From Chlamydiota bacterium (GTDB lineage: Bacteria; Chlamydiota; Chlamydiia; Chlamydiales; JABDDJ01): a stretch of 64,000 bases of DNA. Each line of letters opens with the position of its first letter. Position 1 is the stretch's first letter. Both the position numbers and the translations under genes were made by a program. Below, piece by piece: positions 38,356 through 48,400 of the stretch. The notes under the pieces were generated by a model, which was not told where the DNA came from, ran no database searches, and saw nothing but the letters and a program-made list of their open reading frames with translations. Where the stretch lies: assembly GCA_013287645.1 (NCBI GenBank), contig JABDDJ010000003.1:509-64508 (forward strand), given 5' to 3'.

Positions 38356-38442
38356 CACTCGCCAGAGCTTACAGTATTGGTGATGATGCCTTCAGAGATA
38401 TCAGGGCGAATTTCCATATCTTCACTTCTTATAGTAAGTCTT

Positions 38443-39378
38443 TCATATTTTATGTGAAATATTTCGAATTAATGGAAATAAAATTGATACCTGTGTTTTA
38501 AATGGTTTAATCAAGCATTTGAGCAACTCGGTTAAATGAGGAAAACAATTAAAATTGTCGTGTAAAGTCTGCATTAAGCACAGCAAATCACCCAAAGAAT
38601 CTCTAGAATATTCATTTAGATAATTTTTAATTTCTTTAGTTTCTGATAAATAAATAAATAATTGAATTTCATCGATCAATTCTTCTTTGAATTTTACATC
38701 TAATTGATCGAAGTGATAAAAACAGAGCTCTTCTTTGATAAAATCCATTGGGTTGTCCAATTCACGGTGGAATTCTAGAACATCAGCATCGTGAATGGCT
38801 TGCTGCTCAGGTGAAACAAAATTCCTGTTTTCGGGATCTTTTTGAGATATTGCATTAAAGTAGAGATCTACCTGTTTTTTTTCTAGGTTTTGTTGTGATA
38901 AGTAATTTTTTACCCAAAGCGCGCTATCAAAATCCCAAAAATCTTCTCCTTCATCTTGTCTAGCAATATCATGAGCTGCTCCTGCTAACGCTAGGAATAA
39001 ACGATGATATGTCCACTCCTTATTTGCTAGTTCATGCAATTCTATGAAAAGCTGTGTCCATATTGCCGTACGTGTCGCATGTAATACCCCATGAATATTT
39101 CGCTGCGAAATTTCTTTTCTGCTTATCCTGTCTAAATAATCATGATATGAATGAATTCCATAACCCCAAAACGGATTATCATGAGTTTTTTGTTGACCTG
39201 TAGATATATCTACGTAGGAAGGGTTGCTGGGAAAATATTGCCGATAGTGAGGTAGTACATCACTTTCTAGAATAGAAGAAAGTTCGACTGGAAAATTGTC
39301 TTGATCACATAATTTTGCATTAAGTTCTATGGGAACATTCCCTAACCTAATGCAGCACAAAATAATTGCTATTTTCAT
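38443..39378 (-). CDS. Hypothetical protein with possible HD-type metal-binding motifs
   Basis: HGVLHATRTAIW, GAAHDIARQDEGED and AIHDADVLEF are spaced like H...HD...D. There is no other recognisable family signature. Its start overlaps the upstream stop by 4 nt. Confidence 0.35.
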   Translation of the reverse strand: MKIAIILCCIRLGNVPIELNAKLCDQDNFPVELSSILESDVLPHYRQYFPSNPSYVDISTGQQKTHDNPFWGYGIHSYHDYLDRISRKEISQRNIHGVLHATRTAIWTQLFIELHELANKEWTYHRLFLALAGAAHDIARQDEGEDFWDFDSALWVKNYLSQQNLEKKQVDLYFNAISQKDPENRNFVSPEQQAIHDADVLEFHRELDNPMDFIKEELCFYHFDQLDVKFKEELIDEIQLFIYLSETKEIKNYLNEYSRDSLGDLLCLMQTLHDNFNCFPHLTELLKCLIKPFKTQVSILFPLIRNISHKI

Positions 39379-40925
39379 ATTTTACCCATGTGTTTTAAGA
39401 CATATTGATGATCGTTTATAAAGTTTCGGTCAATTTGATCGTTTTTAAAACCAATAACATTTTTGTTATATTTTAATATTTTAGCGTTTTTACAAGACAA
39501 AGAATATAAATCAATAACAATTTCAATAGATTTTTTAAATGGATTCAAAATAAATCCATGATGATCTTTAAAAAATTGTCCGTGGAGTTTATATGTTGTT
39601 TCTGGATTGTCGAAAGGTGGTATTGAGATTCCCAAACGACTGTGAGCATGATGCCATTCTCCGTCCGCTACCATATCAGCTAATGGGCTCAACGGTGGAA
39701 CCAGAAATAGTGTTTCTTCATCCCTTAGATTGATTTTATCTAGACTTAAAACATGAAAAGCATAAGGTTCAATATCGGAATAAGAATATCGTGCAGCGCA
39801 TGTGTAAACTGAGAAAAAAATACCTCCTAAAAATGAATTTCCATATGATAAAGAAAATGATTCACAATTTTCATGTAATCTTAAAATTTTTTCAGATTTA
39901 TCCTTCTCTATCAAAAACGGCAAAAACAGTAAATCTATACGATTGTCGTCAATAAAAGAAATAGATTCTATTGGTGCGCCGCGAAAAATCAAGGCCCTAT
40001 TCATTTTCCTTGCAGCTACTTCTTCTTCAATGATTCGACTAATCAATCGTTCTGAGAGTTTAGCCCTCATCAATTCTTGATTGAAAACTTCCACAATCCC
40101 AACCATATGAAATTCAAATTCTGGATGGTCCTTACTATGAAATGAGAAAGGAAATCCTAACGTTCTCCATTCGTCGACACTTCGCGGAAACATTTCTATC
40201 CAGGGTAAGTAATCTAACAACAGAAATTCATTAAGACAATTCGAATCTAGTATTTTACTGTTTTTTTTAATAAAATTGACAAAATCATTGCTTAATTTTA
40301 AAAAATATTTACAGATATCTGGATTGTGATTGTATTTATTGTATTCAGCGTAAAGGTCTTCTTTTGTTTTTTGAGGGTTTTCTAAGATTGCGAGAATTTT
40401 ATCGTCGATATCAGGAAAGAAAATGCTGTCAGAATTGTTTGATGCGGTTGGCTTATGTTCACCGAGCTTGTCTGCTGTTTTATCATACATTCCGCAAGAG
40501 TTTCCGATTTGATTAACATATTCCCTAAACTCGTCGTTCGAAAAATAATTGTATAATACAAACAATTCCCATAATGTCGTGGGAATCCATAGGCATCTCA
40601 AGTTAGGGTGAATTTCTTTCAGTTCCTTGTTGATTAGTTTATCGACTAAGTCGGAGTCAGAGCCAAACAAATCGTCATATATTTTTTCTTTTGGTAGAGC
40701 TAAACACTGAGGATAATCGTACTTCATAAGAACATCATGATACGCTCGCTCCTGAAGATCGATAGAAAGGAAGTTCTTAACAGCACCTATTTGCTGATAC
40801 TCATTCTCGAATACGAGAATATATACAGCATGGAGTGAAAAATTGATGAACATCTGAAAAAATAGGAAAGATAGGCTGTATGCACAAATATTATTTAGCC
40901 TGGCTCGAATCATAGATTTTCTCAA
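39375..40925 (-). CDS. Hypothetical protein (516 aa) with an N-terminal hydrophobic segment
   Basis: Long uninterrupted ORF, translationally coupled to ORF 38443..39378. No motif recognised. Confidence 0.45.
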   Translation of the reverse strand: MRKSMIRARLNNICAYSLSFLFFQMFINFSLHAVYILVFENEYQQIGAVKNFLSIDLQERAYHDVLMKYDYPQCLALPKEKIYDDLFGSDSDLVDKLINKELKEIHPNLRCLWIPTTLWELFVLYNYFSNDEFREYVNQIGNSCGMYDKTADKLGEHKPTASNNSDSIFFPDIDDKILAILENPQKTKEDLYAEYNKYNHNPDICKYFLKLSNDFVNFIKKNSKILDSNCLNEFLLLDYLPWIEMFPRSVDEWRTLGFPFSFHSKDHPEFEFHMVGIVEVFNQELMRAKLSERLISRIIEEEVAARKMNRALIFRGAPIESISFIDDNRIDLLFLPFLIEKDKSEKILRLHENCESFSLSYGNSFLGGIFFSVYTCAARYSYSDIEPYAFHVLSLDKINLRDEETLFLVPPLSPLADMVADGEWHHAHSRLGISIPPFDNPETTYKLHGQFFKDHHGFILNPFKKSIEIVIDLYSLSCKNAKILKYNKNVIGFKNDQIDRNFINDHQYVLKHMGKI

Positions 40926-41167
40926 ATCGAGATAATGTCTGCTTTTTCACTTCAAAAACACTACGGGTTGGTAGAACTACGTCTCCAGAATCAGGTATAT
41001 AGCACTATTATTTTTGTATCGCCACCATTTTTGTGGACACAAATTTGCTTAAATTAATTTCTTTACATTCCTTTTAGATTCTTCCTTTCTCTTTATACAC
41101 ATACGCACGTATACGCGCACTCGCGGGGGGGCAGGCCACGTCTAAACCACCCTTATACCCGACCCCT

Positions 41168-42039
41168 CTAGCTCCTGCATGTTCCCTCAAATTGCAAAAT
41201 ATGCCTCTCTTCTCTTGCCAGAACAAAGTAGCCGTGCTCCTTTCCTAACTCAGGAGACGCCGTTGAAATTTTAGGTAACTTCTGTACGTTTTTCCCTTCC
41301 TCGAATAGTCTTCGAGCCTGATAAGGTGAATGATAGTCCAATTTTTCAAGCAGCCAGTATTCGTTATATTTTGAGACGAAGGATGAGACTGCTGCACGGA
41401 AGTCAAGAACACTGTGGTACTGTCTTCCATGCACAATCTGCTCCTTAAATGTCCTGTGGAACCTTTCTATAACTCCATTTGTTTCTGGCTCTCGCACGAA
41501 CCCTTTGCTTATCCCTAGGCCACAGTAACGAGCCTGATTTACAAACCCATCTGAGAGGAACTGAGAGCCATGTCAACTCTTACCAAGACACCTCTTGCAA
41601 CTCAATGACAAGTACTCTTAAACGTATTTTCAACAGATTGATTCAATGCCTCTATGGCTGCAAAACGGTTACTTCTCTTGGTCACATGCCAACCCAAACA
41701 TTCCGCGTTCCGATGCTCAATCACTCCAAAGAACCAGACCCACCCATCTTCAAGTGTGAAAACTTTAGCGGCATCTGTCCCCCACATGATATTTGGAGCC
41801 TCTGTTGTGGTTCGACCATTATGGGGATTTTCCAAGCCCTTTTTGAAGCGATATGGTGAGAGAAGGTTATTCACCCTCATTACTTCTAGAACACGTCGAC
41901 TAACGGGTTGAGTTCTAGACTTCCTAAGTCTTGCATGTATTTTCCTGTGACCTTTTCCTTGAAAATGGTTTGCTTTTATGTCCTTCTCTATCGCCTCGAG
42001 AAGTTCTTTGTCTGAGATACTAGGGCTTTTGCCCCCTAT
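41168..42039 (-). mobile_element. Decayed rve (DDE integrase-core) transposase gene
   Basis: Minus-strand pieces read IGGKSPSISDKELLEAIEK..GHRKIHARLR, IMWGTDAAKV, HGSQFLSDGF and EPETNGVIERFHRTFK in at least two frames, with the break at about 41575-41600. A perfect AAGGAGG RBS (42047-42053, minus strand) is followed 6 nt later by ATA (42037-42039) where a start codon is expected. Confidence 0.7.
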
Positions 42040-42135
42040 TCTTAGCCTCCTTAGTTAAGTATGTCAGCCGTTGTACCCGTGCAGCGGCTAACGTTGAATC
42101 AATTACGGGTTTCAAAGCCAGTCAAGAGGATACAG

Positions 42136-42572
42136 ATGATCGTTATTCAAGTTGCCGGCAGGCTAGGAAGGGTCCTGAGTCGCGTTTTACAGCATCTGGC
42201 CAAAAAGTGACCTCGTTGTCATTGGCCACAACCATTAAGAGAAGCGGAAAAGAGGAGACCGTGTAGTGGCGCATCACCCCATGGGGCGACCGTTTTGATA
42301 AGCTGTTACCGCATTTGAAAAAGGGTTCAGCCCTCATCGTAATTGGTGAAATGGGCCGTCCTCCAGAAATTTATACAGACAAAGAACGGGAGCAGTAAGT
42401 TTCTCTAGAGCTGACAGCCGAAATCGTCAGATTCAGTCCATTTGGTGGAGGGCAAGAGCGTCCCGCTCAACAAGAGAATCAGCAAGCACAAACAAGCCCA
42501 ACAGGCTTTGCAGAAGTATCGCCTGCTGCAATAGAAAGCTCGTACTCAAATTAGGATGAAATGCCTTTCTAA
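42136..42572 (+). pseudogene. ssb: Single-stranded DNA-binding protein gene with frameshifts and an internal stop
   Basis: MIVIQVAGRLGR, then in a shifted frame PESRFTASGQKVTSLSLATTIKRSGKEETV(stop)WRITPWGDRFDKLLPHLKKGSALIVIGEM. Another shift gives LELTAEIVRF...GGGQERPAQQENQQ, and the terminal DEMPF tail is in yet another frame. Confidence 0.7.
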
Positions 42573-42595
42573 AGGATAGGAGTTTCAAAACATAG

Positions 42596-42645
42596 GCAAA
42601 GGGAAGAGGGCTTTTTCTAGCCATGAAAAGCCCTCTTCCCTTTGC
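42596..42645. terminator. Strong hairpin downstream of the ssb remnant
   Basis: Perfect 20-bp inverted repeat gcaaagggaagagggctttt / aaaagccctcttccctttgc with a 10-nt loop. Confidence 0.55.
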
Positions 42646-42731
42646 TAAAGAACGAACTTAAATAAATCTTGCAAAAATTGAAGGAGATCTATATATTCTG
42701 AATTTCACCTTAACCTAAAAAATGGGGGGTT

Positions 42732-44249
42732 ATGACAGCATCTATAAGGCCGAAAGTTCAGATCTATATTAACCCTCACGAGCCCATTTGCTCTGATCAG
42801 CAGTGTGCAACGTCTTCTGACGTTGTTGCTAAAAGATTCGCAGAAACAGTTAAAGAAGTCTATGAATTCTTCTTTAAACACTTTGGTATTAACGGTATCG
42901 ATGGTCAAGGCAAATACCCTCTTTTTCGTACTGAATGGGATCAACAGAATGCGACTTGGACCTGTACATCTATACATAAGCCGAGCTGTTCTTTAAGATT
43001 TCATGATTGTTATGCTTTCCAAAAAGAGGTTGTGGCTCATGAATACACACACGCCATCTTGGATCATTTTACACGTCTTAAAAATACGGGAGAGGCAGGA
43101 GCCCTACACGAATCTATAGCGGATGTTATGGCGATCGTTTTTAAGCACACTATTCTGAGAAAAAAAGATTGGAAAATTGGAAATCTACGTGACTTGGGTG
43201 AACGCGTGACAATGCAGAATTTACTAAGGACCGATCCTCACGAGCCCGACAATGGTCATGTCCACGATAACAGTCGCATCCCTAGCCATGCTTTTTATAT
43301 AACTATTGATAGTCTGTCTGCGTGGGAAGACCGGGAGCGTATCATACATATATGGCTGGCTGTTGCTCTGCGTTTGCCTGCGGATGCAACGTTTCAGGGC
43401 TTTGCGTGTGGAATCCTTACAAATGCACGGGGCAGAAACGAACCAAAGCATGTCCTGAATATGCTACGTTACTCCTGGACACAAGTAGGCATTCCTTATT
43501 TCTTACAAGATCAAATGACTCAAGAATGCGTCCCTCGATCAATGAACAGGGGAATATTGTCCAATGAAAAAGATAAATTGGGCGATTTAAAAACAATAGC
43601 CGTTTCTGTATCTTTTGATCGAACAAGCCATTTATCCACAAATTCTAGAGTCGAAGATGCAAGTCAGGCATTAACCCTTTCACAAGCGAATGTAGGGATT
43701 GCGCAAAGCGAGATTGATGCACAGATAGACACGGTCTCACATCAACAACCTATTTCCTTACAAAATCAAATGACCCAAGAGGATAACCATCGATTAACGA
43801 GTTTGACAACACTGCCCAAACATCCTATCTATAAAACTGAGAATGGAAGGGAATTTTATAATCCTAACGTTACGATCTCTCAATTATATAACCACTTTTC
43901 CCCTTATCTTGAGGAATTGGGCTTTAGTAGTGGTATTTATATAGCTGAAAGAATGGATAAGTTTTATTCTATGCCGGTCGACGGACACTTATTTACGGCG
44001 TTATTTTTCAAAAAAAACCATACACACAAAGGGTTTCAACTCCTAGAAAGAGCTTTGAAAACTTTGAGTTATTTTGCTAATGGTCATGTAGATGGAGATG
44101 TTAAAGACTGCCTTCGAAAGCTAATATCACCTACACTTCATAAATGGGGTTTTGAACTCGAGCATATAGGAAATGTCAAAGAATATGACCCTAATTCTGA
44201 ATATGAAATTTTTATATTATTATTTTACAAAGAAAAACAAATGAGGTAA
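42732..44249 (+). CDS. Thermolysin-like (M4-type) zinc metalloprotease domain protein with an uncharacterised C-terminal half
   Basis: VVAHEYTHAILDH (HExxH, 43038-43052) is followed 19 residues later by GALHESIADVMA, resembling the M4 third-ligand motif (ExxxD). No signal peptide is evident. Confidence 0.5.
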   Translation: MTASIRPKVQIYINPHEPICSDQQCATSSDVVAKRFAETVKEVYEFFFKHFGINGIDGQGKYPLFRTEWDQQNATWTCTSIHKPSCSLRFHDCYAFQKEVVAHEYTHAILDHFTRLKNTGEAGALHESIADVMAIVFKHTILRKKDWKIGNLRDLGERVTMQNLLRTDPHEPDNGHVHDNSRIPSHAFYITIDSLSAWEDRERIIHIWLAVALRLPADATFQGFACGILTNARGRNEPKHVLNMLRYSWTQVGIPYFLQDQMTQECVPRSMNRGILSNEKDKLGDLKTIAVSVSFDRTSHLSTNSRVEDASQALTLSQANVGIAQSEIDAQIDTVSHQQPISLQNQMTQEDNHRLTSLTTLPKHPIYKTENGREFYNPNVTISQLYNHFSPYLEELGFSSGIYIAERMDKFYSMPVDGHLFTALFFKKNHTHKGFQLLERALKTLSYFANGHVDGDVKDCLRKLISPTLHKWGFELEHIGNVKEYDPNSEYEIFILLFYKEKQMR

Positions 44250-44255
44250 TCAAAT

Positions 44256-45368
44256 ATGACGTCTTCGATAACCCCACTATTACGACAAAGCAGTTCCCCA
44301 ACTGTTGAAGTTTCTCAAGGACATAACTCAGTGAGTCGCTTTAATCTGAGGGGAGAAATTTTAAGTTGCGCAGAGTTGACGAATGAAATTAAAAAGAGGG
44401 TTGAGGGAGTGTACTCTGTAGATTCGGTGACGGTTAATGATGTTTATATGTCTCTTGGTGGTACAATTGATCCTATGACTAATAGAGCGAGAAGTGTGCT
44501 AGCGAGAGAGATAAAAATAATAAGGACTTGGTGTTTTTATGATCTTGTTCCGCTTGGAGTATTTTTGCCTACTTTAGTTAACACAAATAGTATTTACAGG
44601 AAAACGCTAGAGACTTCTCTATTAGGAGATTATTTACTTAACGCTAAACCCACTGAAAGTGATATAGATCCCATTTTTAGAAATACTGAAGCTGAGGTCG
44701 CAACTAACCCAAAACATCGTGTTGCAATTAGGGAATTTATTATGAAAAAATATCATGATGATTCTGAATTTACTGTTACTCCAGAAGAACTAGAAAGTCA
44801 TTCACGCGAGTTCAATAGCCAGTATGCTCTTTTTCTGCAAAAGTTTAGAAGTCTTTACGAAGGATTTCGTGCCCAAAAGAGAACTCAACTTGAAAACGCT
44901 AAACCCACTGAAAGTGATATAGATCTCATTTTTAGAAATACTGAAGTTGAGGTCACAACTAACCCAATACATATTGCTGCAATTAGGGGATTTATTATGA
45001 AAAAATATCATGATGATTCTGAATTTACTGTTACTCCAGAAGAACTAGAAAGTCATTCACGCGAGTTCAATAGCCAGCTTGCTCTCTTTCTGCAAAGATT
45101 TAGAAGTCTTTATGAAAAATATCTTGCCCAAGGGAGAATTCAACTTGAAATTGCTTATGCCAAATCTAAGTCAATTACCATTAAAATTCCTGTTGAACTT
45201 TATGACCCTGTTGAAAGAAGACAATTAGCTGCATATATTGAAGCACCAGAAGACTCTGGTTTTGCAACAAAACTTGCAATTAGTATTGCTGTTTCTTTAA
45301 GAAGTGGAAAAAGAACTACCATTAGCAGCTCATCTGCCGATCAACCAACAGACTCTAAATTTGAGTGA
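44256..45368 (+). CDS. Hypothetical protein containing an 85-aa tandem duplication
   Basis: Two consecutive copies of NAKPTESDID.IFRNTE.EV.TNP.H..AIR.FIMKKYHDDSEFTVTPEELESHSREFNSQ.ALFLQ.FRSLYE......R.QLE. Confidence 0.55.
   Translation: MTSSITPLLRQSSSPTVEVSQGHNSVSRFNLRGEILSCAELTNEIKKRVEGVYSVDSVTVNDVYMSLGGTIDPMTNRARSVLAREIKIIRTWCFYDLVPLGVFLPTLVNTNSIYRKTLETSLLGDYLLNAKPTESDIDPIFRNTEAEVATNPKHRVAIREFIMKKYHDDSEFTVTPEELESHSREFNSQYALFLQKFRSLYEGFRAQKRTQLENAKPTESDIDLIFRNTEVEVTTNPIHIAAIRGFIMKKYHDDSEFTVTPEELESHSREFNSQLALFLQRFRSLYEKYLAQGRIQLEIAYAKSKSITIKIPVELYDPVERRQLAAYIEAPEDSGFATKLAISIAVSLRSGKRTTISSSSADQPTDSKFE
44640..45149 (+). repeat. Two tandem 255-bp direct repeats inside CDS 44256..45368
   Basis: Unit 1 is 44640-44894 and unit 2 is 44895-45149. 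They include a long identical run (tttattatgaaaaaatatcatgatgattctgaatttactgttactccagaagaactagaaagtcattcacgcgagttcaatagccag). The period is a multiple of 3. Confidence 0.85.
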
Positions 45369-45421
45369 TAAATAAAAACTTCAACATTTTTTAAATCAAT
45401 TTAATTAACTGTGGATTTAAG

Positions 45422-48400
45422 ATGAATACTAGTAGTGCTAGCAGTTCAACTACAATACCATCAGCAAGTTACGATGGACGACTAGTACTTCATAATTATC
45501 AACAACGTTTTTCGAGCTCCAAGCCACTAAGTCAGTATCAATTACAACAGATTTTTTCAAACGCAAATTTTTTTAAGGAAGATAGTCATTCTCACATGTC
45601 TTTAGTTGAGTTTGATAAATATAGTTTTTCATTTATTAAAAATCTACTACAATCTGATGAGCTTCACGATTGTAGTGAGTTTCTTGGAGCTATTTTTAAT
45701 AAACGTCTTTCAGACAAACAAGTAAGTAGACATTTAGGTAATTTACTCACTTTTTTATATTTATTCGGTTGCAATGATGTATTTAAGTTACCAATAGATC
45801 TGTACGGAACACAGATCAATCGCGTTAAAATTATTGCTGCTCAGATCTCTTTTTTGTCCACTTCAACCTTAATGAATGCAGCAAAATGGGCGGAAGGGGA
45901 ACACGACAACAGTTTTTTGCCCCATCTGTGGAGTTTCCTTGAGCTAGAAGAGGAGAGAATGGATGCATTAGAATGCAGACCACGAAATAGCGGAAGATTT
46001 GATTCATTTAGAGAAGTGCGCAATTGGATGGTAAGTGACGCGATCCTGAGTCAAGAGACTCCCAACTCGATTTTTGAGGCCCAATCTGTTAATGAGTCAA
46101 TATTAATGAAATATGTGCAAATTCCTAGTACGATGGCATTTGCCGTGGCGCTGGCGCTTTCAGGTGCAGGTCCATATGCTCTTTTGTGTTTTGCTCTAGC
46201 ACCATTAGTTGAGTTAGCTAAAAAAATTTATGTAGCATCTTTAGACGCTCCGCTTTGTGTGGAACCTTTGTCTGATTCAAGGAAGCTAGACCTTGCTTCC
46301 TCAAAATTTTTCTTTGGAAGAGATGATATTATCAAAGAGATTGAAGCTATTTGGAAGGAAAAAAAACATCCTCTTTTAGTAGGGGTTCCAGGAGTGGGAA
46401 AAACGACAATCATGGAGGCAATCTCCCGCAAGATTGCTTCAGGAGCTATTCCCGAATTTTCCGGTAAAGTTGTATTTATGGGTTCTGCAGCTGAGTTAAC
46501 AGCGCCTAATACGATGGGAACTCCTCATTTCCAAAGAGTAGTAAGGGCCATTCAGCCTTACAAAGACAACGTGGTTTTAGCGCTTGATGAGTTTCACGCC
46601 TTGTTCCAAGCAACCGATAGGACGATTATAACGCTTGCGAGATCTATCTTGGATGGTTCTCAAAGAAGCCTACCCTATTGCCTCTTTGCTACAACGTTGG
46701 AAGACTATAATGAACATATAAAAAAGGATGAGTCTCTAGGGAGAAGAGTGAAGGTTATTATTGTCAATCCATTAAGACGAGATCATATGCTCAATATGTT
46801 GCATATGGATGCTAAGGATATCTCTCCTTTTCTTACTATAAGCCCTGAGGCAATGGAACTGATCTATGAACAAGCGCAGGGTAAGCAGAATGAATCGAAG
46901 CTGTTATTGCGGGAAGTTATAAAAGCCGCAGATGCTGTCAATACCACGCATCCTTGCTATGACCAACGAGATTTAAAGAAGGCTGAAATTGAGAAATATA
47001 AGTCTTTGCGTCGCGATCCAAACTACTCCCTAATAGATTTGAACCTGTTTTCTGATCAGATATCAAAGGCGAATCAGGAGCTCGAAAAAATTGAGGCAAA
47101 ATGCAGTGATCAGGAAAAAATGAGGAGTAAATTTATCGAAATGAAGAAATACCTTATTGCGTCTTCGAAAGAGCTTAACCTGATCTCCAAACAAATCTAT
47201 GGATTTGTCATTCAGTATGTGGGAAAGGACGCTAAGGAAACTGCTAAAATAAATGCATTAAAGGATACCAATTTTGCCAACATGTACAACGACCCGCTTA
47301 AAAGAATGGTATTTCTTCGTTATTTCGAACTTTCTAACATGGTGCGTTTTGTGAGAAATTATGCCTCGATATTTGACTTAATAAACGTTGTCGACGCTGA
47401 CTTTATTCGTAAACACCAGTTACTAAATCTGGTTTCACGGCCGAAAATTGCTAATACAAAAATGGGGAAGTATTTAGAAGAAGATAAGAAAGATTTATCA
47501 CTCGATTCCGTTACACCAGTTCATTCGAAAGAAACTTTTTTACCTCCAGTCCCTATAAAAGGGATACAGGTGGGATTAAAAAATTTCGGGAATAGTTGTT
47601 GGTTGAATGCGACCCTTAAGTTCATTGCATCCACAACATATTACGATGAAATGTTAGGAGGAGATCCTCCCAAGGGAGTGGAGAGATTGCATGGTTTCTT
47701 AAAAGATATGATTTTTCATCTTCGCACTGGGGAGCAAGTTCCAGAAACAAGTTACTTAGCATTTATGAGAGAGCTTCGAAAAGCTACTCAAAAGTTTGAA
47801 AAAGGGCAGCAGCACGACGCCGTAGAATTCCTGGAGATCTTGTGTGAGCAACTGAAGTGGGCACCCACTGTTATATTAGATGAAGAGGCTATGCGACTAC
47901 TCAACGACTCAAAAAAGTATCCTAGAACCGCCAGTGAATATGTGCATGCACCGAGGGTTGGACACGAGTCGGAAGATGCCCTTCCAAGTGGATGGGGAAA
48001 AAAGGTCTTTCATGAGAACTCCCGTTGGGTAATAGAGGTAAATATTTCTTTACAAAGCACAGCGCTAGATATTTCTCAGCAGTTAGAGAAACCGGAGCTA
48101 GTATCTGTTCAGCTTGACAGGCTTACCGATATTGAGCCAGCAAGTGACAAGGTAGATAATGTCTCCTTTCCATTTGAAGTAATTGCTCACTTTACTTGTC
48201 TACCAGATGTCGTAATGATTCATCTTAAGCGTTTTCATCAGGATGGCAACGTAGAGAGAAGAATCGACGCCCCCATTGAACTTGAAGAAAATGAGTTTAT
48301 TACTTTGAATAGATATGAAATCGAGAGCAAAATTATCGGTGGAGTTTCTATGCAAGAAATGAAACTAAAAGAAAGATGTCGCTATCGAATTGGAGCAGCC

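Noticed and set aside
41479-41911. Plus-strand ORFs 41479..41859 and 41654..41911
   Set aside because: They are antisense to the rve transposase remnant, whose minus-strand translation carries DDE-core motifs.
42143-42624. Minus-strand ORFs 42143..42337 and 42433..42624
   Set aside because: They are antisense to the ssb pseudogene. The second also spans the terminator palindrome, which generates a spurious ORF.
44640-45149. Direct repeats considered as a possible CRISPR or other non-coding repeat array
   Set aside because: There are only two units of 255 bp, contiguous without spacers, with a period divisible by 3 and lying in frame within a long ORF. This is a coding tandem duplication, not a CRISPR array. 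I saw no short regularly spaced repeats elsewhere in the window.
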